This document shows, piece after piece, positions 37,915-45,960 of a stretch of DNA of 64,000 nt. Position 1 is the stretch's first letter; every line of letters begins with the position of its first letter. The position numbers and the translations under genes are program-made. Under the pieces are notes generated by a model that was not told where the DNA came from, made no database searches, and was given only the letters and a program-made list of their open reading frames with translations. The DNA is from Gemmatimonadales bacterium (GTDB lineage: Bacteria; Gemmatimonadota; Gemmatimonadetes; Gemmatimonadales; GWC2-71-9). The DNA is taken from NCBI GenBank assembly GCA_035695405.1, contig DASSED010000157.1, positions 28,407 to 92,406 of the forward strand, read 5' to 3'.

Positions 37915-38355
37915 ATGGCGGACCTTCATTATATGGAGATGGGCTGGTCCGGCTCTGGCTGGATGGACCCGCTGCCGATGGAAAGCACGCCAGCGTCCAC
38001 TCCCGCCTCGACGCCTTCGTCCTATGACGATTTCGGTGAGTCTCCGGCCCGGAGCCGCAGTGCTGCACCCCGGAGATCAGCCAAGAAATCGAGTCGGAAG
38101 TCATCCGCCCGTCGTTCGTCCAAGAAGGCCTCTCGCAAGAGCTCCAGGAAATCAGCCAAGCGCGCTGCCAAGAAGGGTGGCAGGACCTCCGCCAGAAAGC
38201 GGAGCCGGGGTTCGGCTCGCAAGAGTGCCAGCCGGCGCGGCTCCTCCCGGAAAAAGAGCTCCCGGCGGTCGTCCGCCCGGAAGAAGAGCTCCCGGCGGTC
38301 GTCCGCTCGGAAGAGCGCAAAGAAGGGACGCGGGGGCCGCGGCCGCCGGAGGTAA
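37915..38355 (+). CDS. Polycationic Ser/Arg/Lys-rich protein with a short acidic, Trp-containing N-terminus (histone-H1/protamine-like composition)
   Basis: ATG 37915 preceded by GGGAGGGAG. MADLHYMEMGWSGSGWMDPLPMES.. is followed by about 100 residues that are almost only S/R/K/A/G. Third-position GC is high. Contains a 27-nt segment duplicated with 30-nt period (38254-38280 and 38284-38310). It is the only plus-strand gene between two minus-strand genes. Confidence 0.6.
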   Translation: MADLHYMEMGWSGSGWMDPLPMESTPASTPASTPSSYDDFGESPARSRSAAPRRSAKKSSRKSSARRSSKKASRKSSRKSAKRAAKKGGRTSARKRSRGSARKSASRRGSSRKKSSRRSSARKKSSRRSSARKSAKKGRGGRGRRR

Positions 38356-38361
38356 TGCCCG

Positions 38362-40290
38362 TCAGGGTCCCTTTTCCACCCGGGCCAGGGCTGCGGCACA
38401 GTTGATCAGCGCAATGTGAGTGAAGGCCTGGGGAAAGTTGCCCAGGAACTCACCGGTCAGCGGGTCGATCTCTTCGGAGTAGAGTCCCACATGATTGGCG
38501 TGCCGGAGCATACGTCGGAACACCCGCTCCGCACGCTCCCGCTCGCCGATCATCGCGAGCCCTTGCGCCAGCCAAAAGGTGCAGATCGAAAAGGCTCCTT
38601 CCTCGCCCTCCAGACCGTCGGGATGGCGGTAGCGGTAAACCAGCTCACCATCGAGCGTGGTGAGCTCACGCGCCACGGCCCGCACGGTGCTATGTACCCG
38701 GGGGTGATTCCACGGTAGAAACCGAACCATGGGAATGGCGAGCGCGGCGGCGTCGAGTGCGTCGCTGTCGTAGGACTGGACAAACGACTGCCGCGCCTCG
38801 CTCCAGCCCCGCTCCATGATCTCGGCGTGAAGGGCATCGCGCGCCGCCCGCCAGGCCACTGTGTCGGACTCGAGATTCAGCTCCTCCGCCATCCGAACTC
38901 CCCGGTCCAGCGCCACCCAGCTCATCACTTTGCTGAACACGTAATGGCGAACATCGCCCCGCACTTCCCAGATACTGGAGTCAGGTAACTGCCAGTTCTT
39001 GCTTACCCAGTCCACCAAACCCCGGAGGACCCGCCAGGTGCCTTCGGTCATCTCGTGCTTCCGGCGCCAAATATCCGCCGTTTCCATCACCTCGCCGTAC
39101 ACGTCCAGCTGCATCTGCCCGGCGGCGCCGTTGCCGACCCGAACCGGGCGGGAGTTCCGATACCCCCCCAGGTGATCGAGCTGCCGCTCGATCAGGTCCC
39201 GCCGTCCATCGATGCCGTACATGATCTGGAGATGCCCACCGCCCTCATGGCGGCAGACCCGCTTCAGGAAGCGCATAAACTGGTCGGCCTCGCGGTAATG
39301 ACCCACGGCATCCAGGGCCGCCAGGGTAAAGGCTGCATCTCTCAGCCAGACGAACCGATAATCCCAGTTTCGGAGGCCTCCGATCGTCTCCGGGAGGGAG
39401 GTCGTGGGTGCTGCGATCATGGCCCCGGACTCGGCATGAGTCAGCAGCTTCAGGGCCAGAGCCGAGCGCTTCACCATGCCACGGAAAGGGCCACGGTATC
39501 GCACCTTGGAGGACCACTGCTGCCAGAAGGCCGCGGTATTATCGAGCTTCCGGCCGCTCTCATACCGGTCCACGGGGTGAATGTCGTCGTCGTCGTAGCG
39601 GAGAACCACCCACCGCTCCTCGCCTTTGGTCAGCTCGAAGCGGGTGGTGGCCGTGGACTGCTCGACCATCCAGTCGAATGGCTTGCCGCTGGAGAGGGTA
39701 AGGACCTGGTCCGTCCGGTCGGTGGCGAACAGTCCCGCCTTGAGCAGCTCGAGACGGGTGGTTCGGGCTCCGTACTCGAAGCGGGGCATGAAGACCATGC
39801 TCATGAGCGCTTGCCCCCGGGTACAGCGGAGCCGGCGATGGATCTCGGGGTGCGCTCCGAAGGGCCGCCCGTCCTCCGCTACGGGCATGAAGTCCGTCAG
39901 CGTGACGATGGCCCCCTCGGCGGTGCGAAACGTGGTCTCGAGAATGTTGGTCCGAGGGAGATAGCGCTGCGAGGAGGTCCACCTGCCCTCCGGGTGGATC
40001 GCCCAGGTGCCCCCACGCTCATTGTCCAGCAGGGCGGCAAAGACGCTGGCGCTGTCGAAGCGGGGTAGACAACACCAATCAATGGAGCCATCGAGACCCA
40101 CCAGCGCGGCGGTTCTCATGTCTCCAATGAGCCCGTAGTTGGATATCGGCTGAAATCGGATGGCGCCTGAGCGCCGGGCGGGTGAATCGGATGGAGCGAG
40201 TGGTTCCGATGGCGCGAGTGGCTGTTGTATGTCGGTCATCGCACCCAAGTATAAATCGTGTGAAGTGGATCTTGCATCATCGGAGCTCAT
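38362..40290 (-). CDS. Glycoside hydrolase family 15 (glucoamylase / trehalase-like)
   Basis: IGDMRTAALVGLDGSIDWCCLPRFDS N-domain, (alpha/alpha)6 catalytic-domain motifs (NWDYRFVWLRDAAF, GEEGAFSICTFWL). An alternative start exists at 40239. Confidence 0.85.
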   Translation of the reverse strand: MSSDDARSTSHDLYLGAMTDIQQPLAPSEPLAPSDSPARRSGAIRFQPISNYGLIGDMRTAALVGLDGSIDWCCLPRFDSASVFAALLDNERGGTWAIHPEGRWTSSQRYLPRTNILETTFRTAEGAIVTLTDFMPVAEDGRPFGAHPEIHRRLRCTRGQALMSMVFMPRFEYGARTTRLELLKAGLFATDRTDQVLTLSSGKPFDWMVEQSTATTRFELTKGEERWVVLRYDDDDIHPVDRYESGRKLDNTAAFWQQWSSKVRYRGPFRGMVKRSALALKLLTHAESGAMIAAPTTSLPETIGGLRNWDYRFVWLRDAAFTLAALDAVGHYREADQFMRFLKRVCRHEGGGHLQIMYGIDGRRDLIERQLDHLGGYRNSRPVRVGNGAAGQMQLDVYGEVMETADIWRRKHEMTEGTWRVLRGLVDWVSKNWQLPDSSIWEVRGDVRHYVFSKVMSWVALDRGVRMAEELNLESDTVAWRAARDALHAEIMERGWSEARQSFVQSYDSDALDAAALAIPMVRFLPWNHPRVHSTVRAVARELTTLDGELVYRYRHPDGLEGEEGAFSICTFWLAQGLAMIGERERAERVFRRMLRHANHVGLYSEEIDPLTGEFLGNFPQAFTHIALINCAAALARVEKGP

Positions 40291-40789
40291 GACTCAGCTT
40301 CCTAAACCTCTTCGACGACATATGCGAGCCTCAACGCTCCTTCTGGCCGCTTTGTTTCTGGGATGCGGCCCTGGCGCAGGGACGAAGTCCGCCACTTCGG
40401 CTGATACTGCGGGCGTGTCCCACCAGTTGACCGCGCAGTTGACCCGGGCGGCGGCTGACTGGAACCGGGGCGATCTGGACGGTTTCGTGTCGGACTACGC
40501 TCCCGAGAGCACGACCACGTTCGTGGATGGACGCCGGTCGCGCCATGGGTTCGAGTTCATTCGTGAGCGCTACCGCCCGCGCTTCGAGCCTGGGGCTCAG
40601 CGAGACAGCCTCCACTTCGAGGAGCTCGAGGTCAGGCCTCTCCGATCGGGCCTGGCGCTGGTAACTGGGCGCTATGTCCTGCAACGCGCGGGCCAGATCA
40701 CCTCGAGCGGGCCTTTTACCCTGGTCATGGAATCCCGCCCTCAGGGCTGGCGCATTCTTCACGATCATACCTCCAGTGATCCCCGCTAG
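40289..40789 (+). CDS. SnoaL/DUF4440-like (NTF2-fold) lipoprotein
   Basis: Lipobox LAALFLGCG. AADWNRGDLDGFVSDY..WRILHDHTS is typical of DUF4440-type proteins. An alternative start exists at 40322. Confidence 0.6.
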   Translation: MTQLPKPLRRHMRASTLLLAALFLGCGPGAGTKSATSADTAGVSHQLTAQLTRAAADWNRGDLDGFVSDYAPESTTTFVDGRRSRHGFEFIRERYRPRFEPGAQRDSLHFEELEVRPLRSGLALVTGRYVLQRAGQITSSGPFTLVMESRPQGWRILHDHTSSDPR

Positions 40790-42149
40790 ATCGCGACTTC
40801 TGGCGGCGGGCGTCTTCATATTGATGCTCGGGTGCCGCGCTGCGGCGCCAAACGGACTTGCCCTGGTCGGGGCGACGCTCATCGATGGCACCGGAGGCCC
40901 ACCCCTCGCCAACGCAGCGATCGTCATTCGCGACGGCCTGATTGAATCTGTCGGACCTCGAGCCGGGTTCGAGCTGCCCAAGCAAACGGCCGAAATCGAT
41001 GTGAGCGGACGCTGGATCATCCCCGGCCTGATCGACGCCCACAGCCATCTGGCGCCGGCAGCCGGCTGGGCCCCCGCCCGCTATCTGGCGTGGGGCGTCA
41101 CCACGGTGCGAGACCTCCATGGGTCTCTGGTGACTGTGCTCGGAATCCGGAAACGGGCTAACCACGGCCCAATCGCCCAACCCCGGGTGTACGCGGCTGG
41201 GGCAATGATCGACGGCCGCCCCGCGACCTACCCCGATGCCATTGCCGTGAGCACTGAAAATGACGCCCGCAAAGCAGTGGATCGCCTGGTGAGCGCCGGC
41301 GCCGACCTGATCAATGTCTACACCCGTGTCGATGGTCCGCTGCTGCGCGCCATCGTGGATGAGGCCCGGGCGTTCAACCTGACTGTCACCGGCCACCTGG
41401 GGATGACTGACGCCCTTACCGCCGCCAGGAACGGCATCTCGGCCATCGAGCATCTGAGTGGAGTAGCGGAAGCCGCCAGCCGAGATCCTTCGGCTCTGTT
41501 CGCCGCGCATTATCGGGGCTTTCTCCCAGGCTGGACCGCCTCCGAGCGGAGCTGGGCCGATCTCGATTCGGCCGCTCTGGACCGCGTGGCTACCCGACTG
41601 AACGAACAAAAGGTCACCCTGATTCCCACTCTGGTTTTGCACGAGACCCTGAGTCGACTGAATGATCCCGCTTTACTGAGGAATCCGGCACTGGCCGACG
41701 CCCCCGCTACCGTGCAGCGGGATTGGGATGCGGCGGGCTTCATAGCCCGCGCGGGATGGACCGATGCCGACTTCGATTCTTTTCGGCGGGCCCGGACCAA
41801 ACAGGATCTCTTTCTCCGGATTTTCTCGGCAGGAGGAGGACGCATAGCCACAGGGACCGATGCCTCGAATCGCATGCTCGTTCCCGGCTACAGTGAGCAC
41901 CAGGAGTTGGAGCTCCTGGTGCGGGCCGGGCTCTCGCCGCGCGAGGCGCTCCGAGCCGCTACCCGCAACGGGGCCGTGCTGCTCGGGGTGGATTCGATTG
42001 GTCTCCTGGCGCCGGGCAAGGTGGCCGATCTCGTGGTGCTCAGCAAAGACCCACTGGCCGATATCCGAAACACCCGCGCCATTCAGTCGGTGATGATCCG
42101 CGGCAAGTTGCTCAACGCCGATTCCATCAGAGCGGGCTGGCAGCAGTGA
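40776..42149 (+). CDS. Amidohydrolase-family metallo-hydrolase lipoprotein
   Basis: GTG 40776 gives the signal/lipobox VFILMLGC. IIPGLIDAHSHL metal motif and a TIM-barrel amidohydrolase layout. The track start at 40674 lies inside the upstream gene. Confidence 0.85.
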   Translation: MIPARSRLLAAGVFILMLGCRAAAPNGLALVGATLIDGTGGPPLANAAIVIRDGLIESVGPRAGFELPKQTAEIDVSGRWIIPGLIDAHSHLAPAAGWAPARYLAWGVTTVRDLHGSLVTVLGIRKRANHGPIAQPRVYAAGAMIDGRPATYPDAIAVSTENDARKAVDRLVSAGADLINVYTRVDGPLLRAIVDEARAFNLTVTGHLGMTDALTAARNGISAIEHLSGVAEAASRDPSALFAAHYRGFLPGWTASERSWADLDSAALDRVATRLNEQKVTLIPTLVLHETLSRLNDPALLRNPALADAPATVQRDWDAAGFIARAGWTDADFDSFRRARTKQDLFLRIFSAGGGRIATGTDASNRMLVPGYSEHQELELLVRAGLSPREALRAATRNGAVLLGVDSIGLLAPGKVADLVVLSKDPLADIRNTRAIQSVMIRGKLLNADSIRAGWQQ

Positions 42150-43048
42150 CTGCGCCCATCGACACGATAGAGGCGATCGATCAGATCCGCCTCTATTTCG
42201 CGCCTCTGGCCACCCGGCAGGGTATCCTCGCGCGCAGGAGCCTGGGGCAGCCCACGCCAGAGGATGACGCAGTGGCAGGCGCGCTGGTCAAGCGGATGCT
42301 GGACGAGATCGGCCCCGATGGCAGCGTCAATGGCGGTGTCGTGGCTACGATCTGGCGCGCCCACGAGCTACTCGATCTGGGGTGTGACACCAACGAAGCT
42401 GAGTGGGGGCGGCTGATGAGCTGGGTTGTGGATCTCCAGCGCCGGCCGGGATCTTTCAGCCAGGGGTGTACCCCCGCGCGTCACTCGTATCGCGCCTGCC
42501 AGCACTTCATCTCCGGTTTCTTCTCCCCGGCTCCTCCGGAGCAGCGCATCACCCCGATCATGTTTCCCTGCGGCAAGGTGTTTCGCGCCGAGCCGGCGGC
42601 GCGCTTTGCCATCAGCTGTCTGGCGCTCCGAGCCGCGCTGCGCGCGGGGCTGGGGGATCGGCAGCAGATCGAGCATCACACCACGAGCTTGATCCAGCTG
42701 CAGCCCCTGTGGGCCGACTGGAACGGCTACTTTGCCCCGGACGTCATTGTCTCGGGAGTTCACTCTCTGGCCTTCGCCTCCCCAGCCCAGCGCCAGATGG
42801 TGCCACGACTGGGTGAAAGCATCGTCGCCCACCAGGGCGAAGACGGCACCTGGACCAATGCGGATCTGTTTCACACCCTGGACGCGTTGTTGGCCGTGGG
42901 GTCAGCCGAGGCGCGCGAAACCATCCGCCGGGCCGTCCCCGCGCTTTTGCGCCGGCAGCGGCCCGATGGCAGCTTCGGCTCGACCGCGCAGCAGGAACGG
43001 GCACTGATTGCGTTGCGGGCGTTGATCTGGGTCGAGCAGGAGGGATAG
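42146..43048 (+). CDS. Hypothetical Cys-containing protein with prenyltransferase/squalene-cyclase-like (alpha/alpha toroid) repeats
   Basis: GTGA overlap with the upstream stop. Repeat-like QGEDGTW and QRPDGSFG motifs. The family assignment is weak. Confidence 0.45.
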   Translation: MTAPIDTIEAIDQIRLYFAPLATRQGILARRSLGQPTPEDDAVAGALVKRMLDEIGPDGSVNGGVVATIWRAHELLDLGCDTNEAEWGRLMSWVVDLQRRPGSFSQGCTPARHSYRACQHFISGFFSPAPPEQRITPIMFPCGKVFRAEPAARFAISCLALRAALRAGLGDRQQIEHHTTSLIQLQPLWADWNGYFAPDVIVSGVHSLAFASPAQRQMVPRLGESIVAHQGEDGTWTNADLFHTLDALLAVGSAEARETIRRAVPALLRRQRPDGSFGSTAQQERALIALRALIWVEQEG

Positions 43049-43083
43049 ACTGCCAGGACTCACATTGCGTCCGGGAGAGTCCC

Positions 43084-44163
43084 ATGTCCGAGAAGCCCAG
43101 AGATCAGAAGCCCCGCATCCGGCTCACTGCCTTATCCCACGGGGCCGGTTGAGCCTGTAAGCTCGGCGCCGCCGATCTGGCGCAGGTACTGCGCCACTTG
43201 CCCCTGGTTCAGGATTCTCGGGTCCTGATCGACGCCGCCACCCGCGACGACGCCGCGGTATTCGTGTTATCTCCCGATCGGGCCCTCGTGGCAACCGTGG
43301 ATTTCTTCACGCCTATCGTGGACGACGCCGCCACCTGGGGACGCATCGCCGTGGCCAATGCCCTGAGTGATATCTACGCCATGGGCGCCACTCCACTCTT
43401 CGGCCTCAATCTGGTCGGCTGGCCCCGGGATCAGCTGCCCTTCGATACGCTCGGTGAGCTGTTGCAGGGTGCCGCCGACATGGCGCAACGGGCCAAGTGC
43501 CTGATCCTGGGCGGCCATTCGATCGATGCGGTGGAACCGACATTCGGTATGGCGGTCATCGGGGAGGTTCACCCGGACCGGATGCTGACCAACGCCGGCG
43601 CGTGCGCCGGAGACGTTCTGGTGCTGACCAAGCCACTGGGCACCGGGATTCTCGCCACGGCGCTCAAGCGGGACGCCCTGCTCGAGACCGGAATGACTGA
43701 GGCCATTCATTCGATGACGACGCTGAACGACGGCGCATCCCGCGCAGCGCTTCGGGTAGGGGTGAGTGCCGCCACCGACGTGACCGGTTTCGGCTTGATC
43801 GGCCACCTGACCAATATGCTGGAGGCCAGCAAGGTGGCGGCGGAGATCGCGTTCGAAGCGATCCCGATACTGCCGCACACTCGAAACCTCGCCTCGAGAG
43901 GCATCGTACCGGGCGGCACCGAACGAAACCTCAAGGCGGCCGAGAAGGTGGATTGGGCTGCCGATCTCACCACCACCGATCGCTATCTGTGCGTTGATGC
44001 CCAGACCTCCGGTGGGTTGCTGCTGGCCGTCCCACCCGAGAACCAAGCGGCGATCCTGTCGGCACTGCAGGAGGAGGGCACTCCCGCAACGGCCGTCATC
44101 GGACGCGTGGTCGCCGGGGCAGCTGGCCAGGTGCGTGTTGTACGCCGGCTGGGGGAGAGCTGA
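43084..44163 (+). CDS. selD: Selenide, water dikinase (selenophosphate synthetase), selenocysteine-containing (in-frame TGA at 43150-43152)
   Basis: ATG 43084 (GGGAGAG RBS). Translation reads MSEKPRDQKPRIRLTALSHGAG-TGA-ACKLGAADL.. and continues into the track ORF 43198..44163 in the same frame. The TGA aligns with Cys17 of E. coli SelD (SHGAGCGCK). The body matches SelD (DDAAV, TVDFFTPIVDD, GGHSID, TDVTGFGL, VPGGTERN, QTSGGLLLAV). Confidence 0.85.
43178..43196 (+). promoter_or_regulatory. Candidate SECIS hairpin
   Basis: TGGCGCAG-GTA-CTGCGCCA is an 8-bp stem starting 25 nt after the TGA. The apical loop lies about 34-36 nt after the TGA and contains GU. Not validated by any SECIS model. Confidence 0.35.
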
Positions 44164-44166
44164 CCG

Positions 44167-44391
44167 GTGTCGCCCATTCGTTGGACCACTGACCGGATGG
44201 ATCAGCTGGAGCGGGCCGCACGGGATGGGCTTCGGGTGGCGCTCTCACGGCGAGGGACCGAGTACATCGTGGTGGCCACCCGAGTGGGGGCCGCGGGCCC
44301 GCATGAGGCGCTCGTGGCCAGGTTGCCGATGACCGGTGAGGAGCTGACCTTCCGGCTGGATGAGCTCGACAGCTTTCAGGTCATCGAATGA
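44167..44391 (+). CDS. 74-aa hypothetical protein
   Basis: GTG start 3 nt after the selD stop and ATGA overlap with the rnhA start, which suggests translational coupling. No family recognised. Confidence 0.45.
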   Translation: MSPIRWTTDRMDQLERAARDGLRVALSRRGTEYIVVATRVGAAGPHEALVARLPMTGEELTFRLDELDSFQVIE

Positions 44392-44999
44392 GCCCCACCG
44401 TGGTGCATCTCGACGAGAGCTGTCTGGGAAACGGCAGGGAAGGGGAAAATCCGGGCGGGGCTGGTGGCCTGATCGAGGTTCGAAGCCGGGGCCGAATCCA
44501 GCGGCGGGACTTCTATGCCTACGCTCCGGCATCGACCAACAATCGCATGGCGCTGACCGGCGCTATCACGGTCCTGCGGTTGCTGGCCGCCAAAGGTAAG
44601 AGGCTCCGGGTGCTCATGGTCTCCGATTCCGAATACCTGGTCAAAGGGATGCGCGAGTGGGTGTCCGGTTGGGCGGCGCGGGGATGGACCCGGAAGGTGG
44701 GCCCCATCGAAAATCTTGGATTGTGGCAAGACCTGACTGATGCCGCACGGCTCCATGAGGTGCAGTGGACCTGGGTCAGAGGCCATCGAGGACACCCTAA
44801 GAACGAGTACGCCAACGACCTCGCCATCGCGGCAGCACGCGAAGGGAAGACCTCGCCCGGACCCGTCCAGTCGGAGTTCCTGGACTGGCTCGAGCGCAAG
44901 CAGGGCAAGGGCCACTTCCTCGGATACGATCCGGACGCTGCATTCCAGCAGCTGGAGGGCCGCCTCGCGGCCGGAGAGAGTTTCGCTTTAGCGGAGTGA
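44388..44999 (+). CDS. rnhA: Ribonuclease HI with C-terminal extension
   Basis: DESCLGNG, NNRMAL, SDSEYLVKGMREW, HPKNEYANDLA catalytic DEDD context, then about 50 extra C-terminal residues. Confidence 0.85.
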   Translation: MSPTVVHLDESCLGNGREGENPGGAGGLIEVRSRGRIQRRDFYAYAPASTNNRMALTGAITVLRLLAAKGKRLRVLMVSDSEYLVKGMREWVSGWAARGWTRKVGPIENLGLWQDLTDAARLHEVQWTWVRGHRGHPKNEYANDLAIAAAREGKTSPGPVQSEFLDWLERKQGKGHFLGYDPDAAFQQLEGRLAAGESFALAE

Positions 45000-45010
45000 G
45001 ATTCGCCTCG

Positions 45011-45904
45011 TCAGGTGCCGCGGCGGAGGGTATAGCTCAAGAGGACCCGGCCGGTAACATCGTCTCCCGGAGCACCGTAGATCTCTCCCGACACTGCGAA
45101 GCGCTTATCCGGACTCCAACTCGCTCCGCCGAACAGAGCCCCGCGGGTGAGATCGACCTCGATTTTGCGATTGTCCAGCTGCCCAAACTGGTTGGTGAAA
45201 TTCACCTGAAAGCGAGGGTGGAGCAGGTTCACTCCGCCCCCGATGAAGGGCCGCAGCTGGCCCCCGGCCAGGGTCCAGGAAAGCGCACCTTCGGCACCGA
45301 AGGCGTTGGGATGGTAGTGATCGTCGGACAAGGTACCCTGGAAGCATTCGCTGGTGGGATCCCTGAGCGCCGCGGCTTCGCAGGTGATCGGCGCACGTAT
45401 CAACCCTCCAGTTCCATGGACTCTGACCGCAACGATGGCCGGAGTATTGGAAATTGGAAAAACCCGCTGCAGTGCCACCCCGATCAGTTCCGCCCTCACG
45501 CCATTGAGCCGAATAGGTGGGATCCAACTTCCCTCCAACACGAATCCACCGGGCAAGCCAAGTGTGACTCGAGGCCGGAGCTCGGCAAAGAGCAGATCGG
45601 TGTGTTCGGGCCCCTTCCCAGGCCGGCAGATGGTCGGGGTCCGGATCTCTCTATCTATCTCGGGAAGGTAGGTGGCTTCGAACGCGACATTGATACCGCC
45701 GCGGTCCACCACTTGCGGAGCTTCTGCCAGACTGAAGCTCAGGGGGACGGCGAGCGCGGCGAAGAGTTGGGCCTCGTGTGAGTCCTTGGGAGGAAAGCAG
45801 TCCCCTTGCCCCCACAGTCGCGCAACCAGCACCAAGAGGCCCAAGCTGAGAAGCATCAGCGACTTTCGGCACCGAGCGTGGGGACCTTTCATTACCGGGA
45901 TCAT
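45011..45904 (-). CDS. Hypothetical outer-membrane beta-barrel protein
   Basis: Signal peptide LMLLSLGLLVLVARLWG and alternating-hydrophobicity strands throughout. The plus-strand ORF 44996..45781 is the antisense shadow. Confidence 0.6.
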   Translation of the reverse strand: MIPVMKGPHARCRKSLMLLSLGLLVLVARLWGQGDCFPPKDSHEAQLFAALAVPLSFSLAEAPQVVDRGGINVAFEATYLPEIDREIRTPTICRPGKGPEHTDLLFAELRPRVTLGLPGGFVLEGSWIPPIRLNGVRAELIGVALQRVFPISNTPAIVAVRVHGTGGLIRAPITCEAAALRDPTSECFQGTLSDDHYHPNAFGAEGALSWTLAGGQLRPFIGGGVNLLHPRFQVNFTNQFGQLDNRKIEVDLTRGALFGGASWSPDKRFAVSGEIYGAPGDDVTGRVLLSYTLRRGT

Positions 45905-45960
45905 TGATTTAGCCTCAACGCCCTAAGTCGGTGAAGACCATCGGAAGGGAGATCTAAGCT

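Noticed and set aside
38022-38399. 125-aa minus-strand ORF opposite the SR/K-rich gene
   Set aside because: It is equally low-complexity (F/L/R/D/E-rich), has no RBS and would run 38 nt into the GH15 3-prime end. The plus-strand frame has a strong RBS and fits the gap exactly. This call remains the less certain one and is flagged in the corresponding finding.
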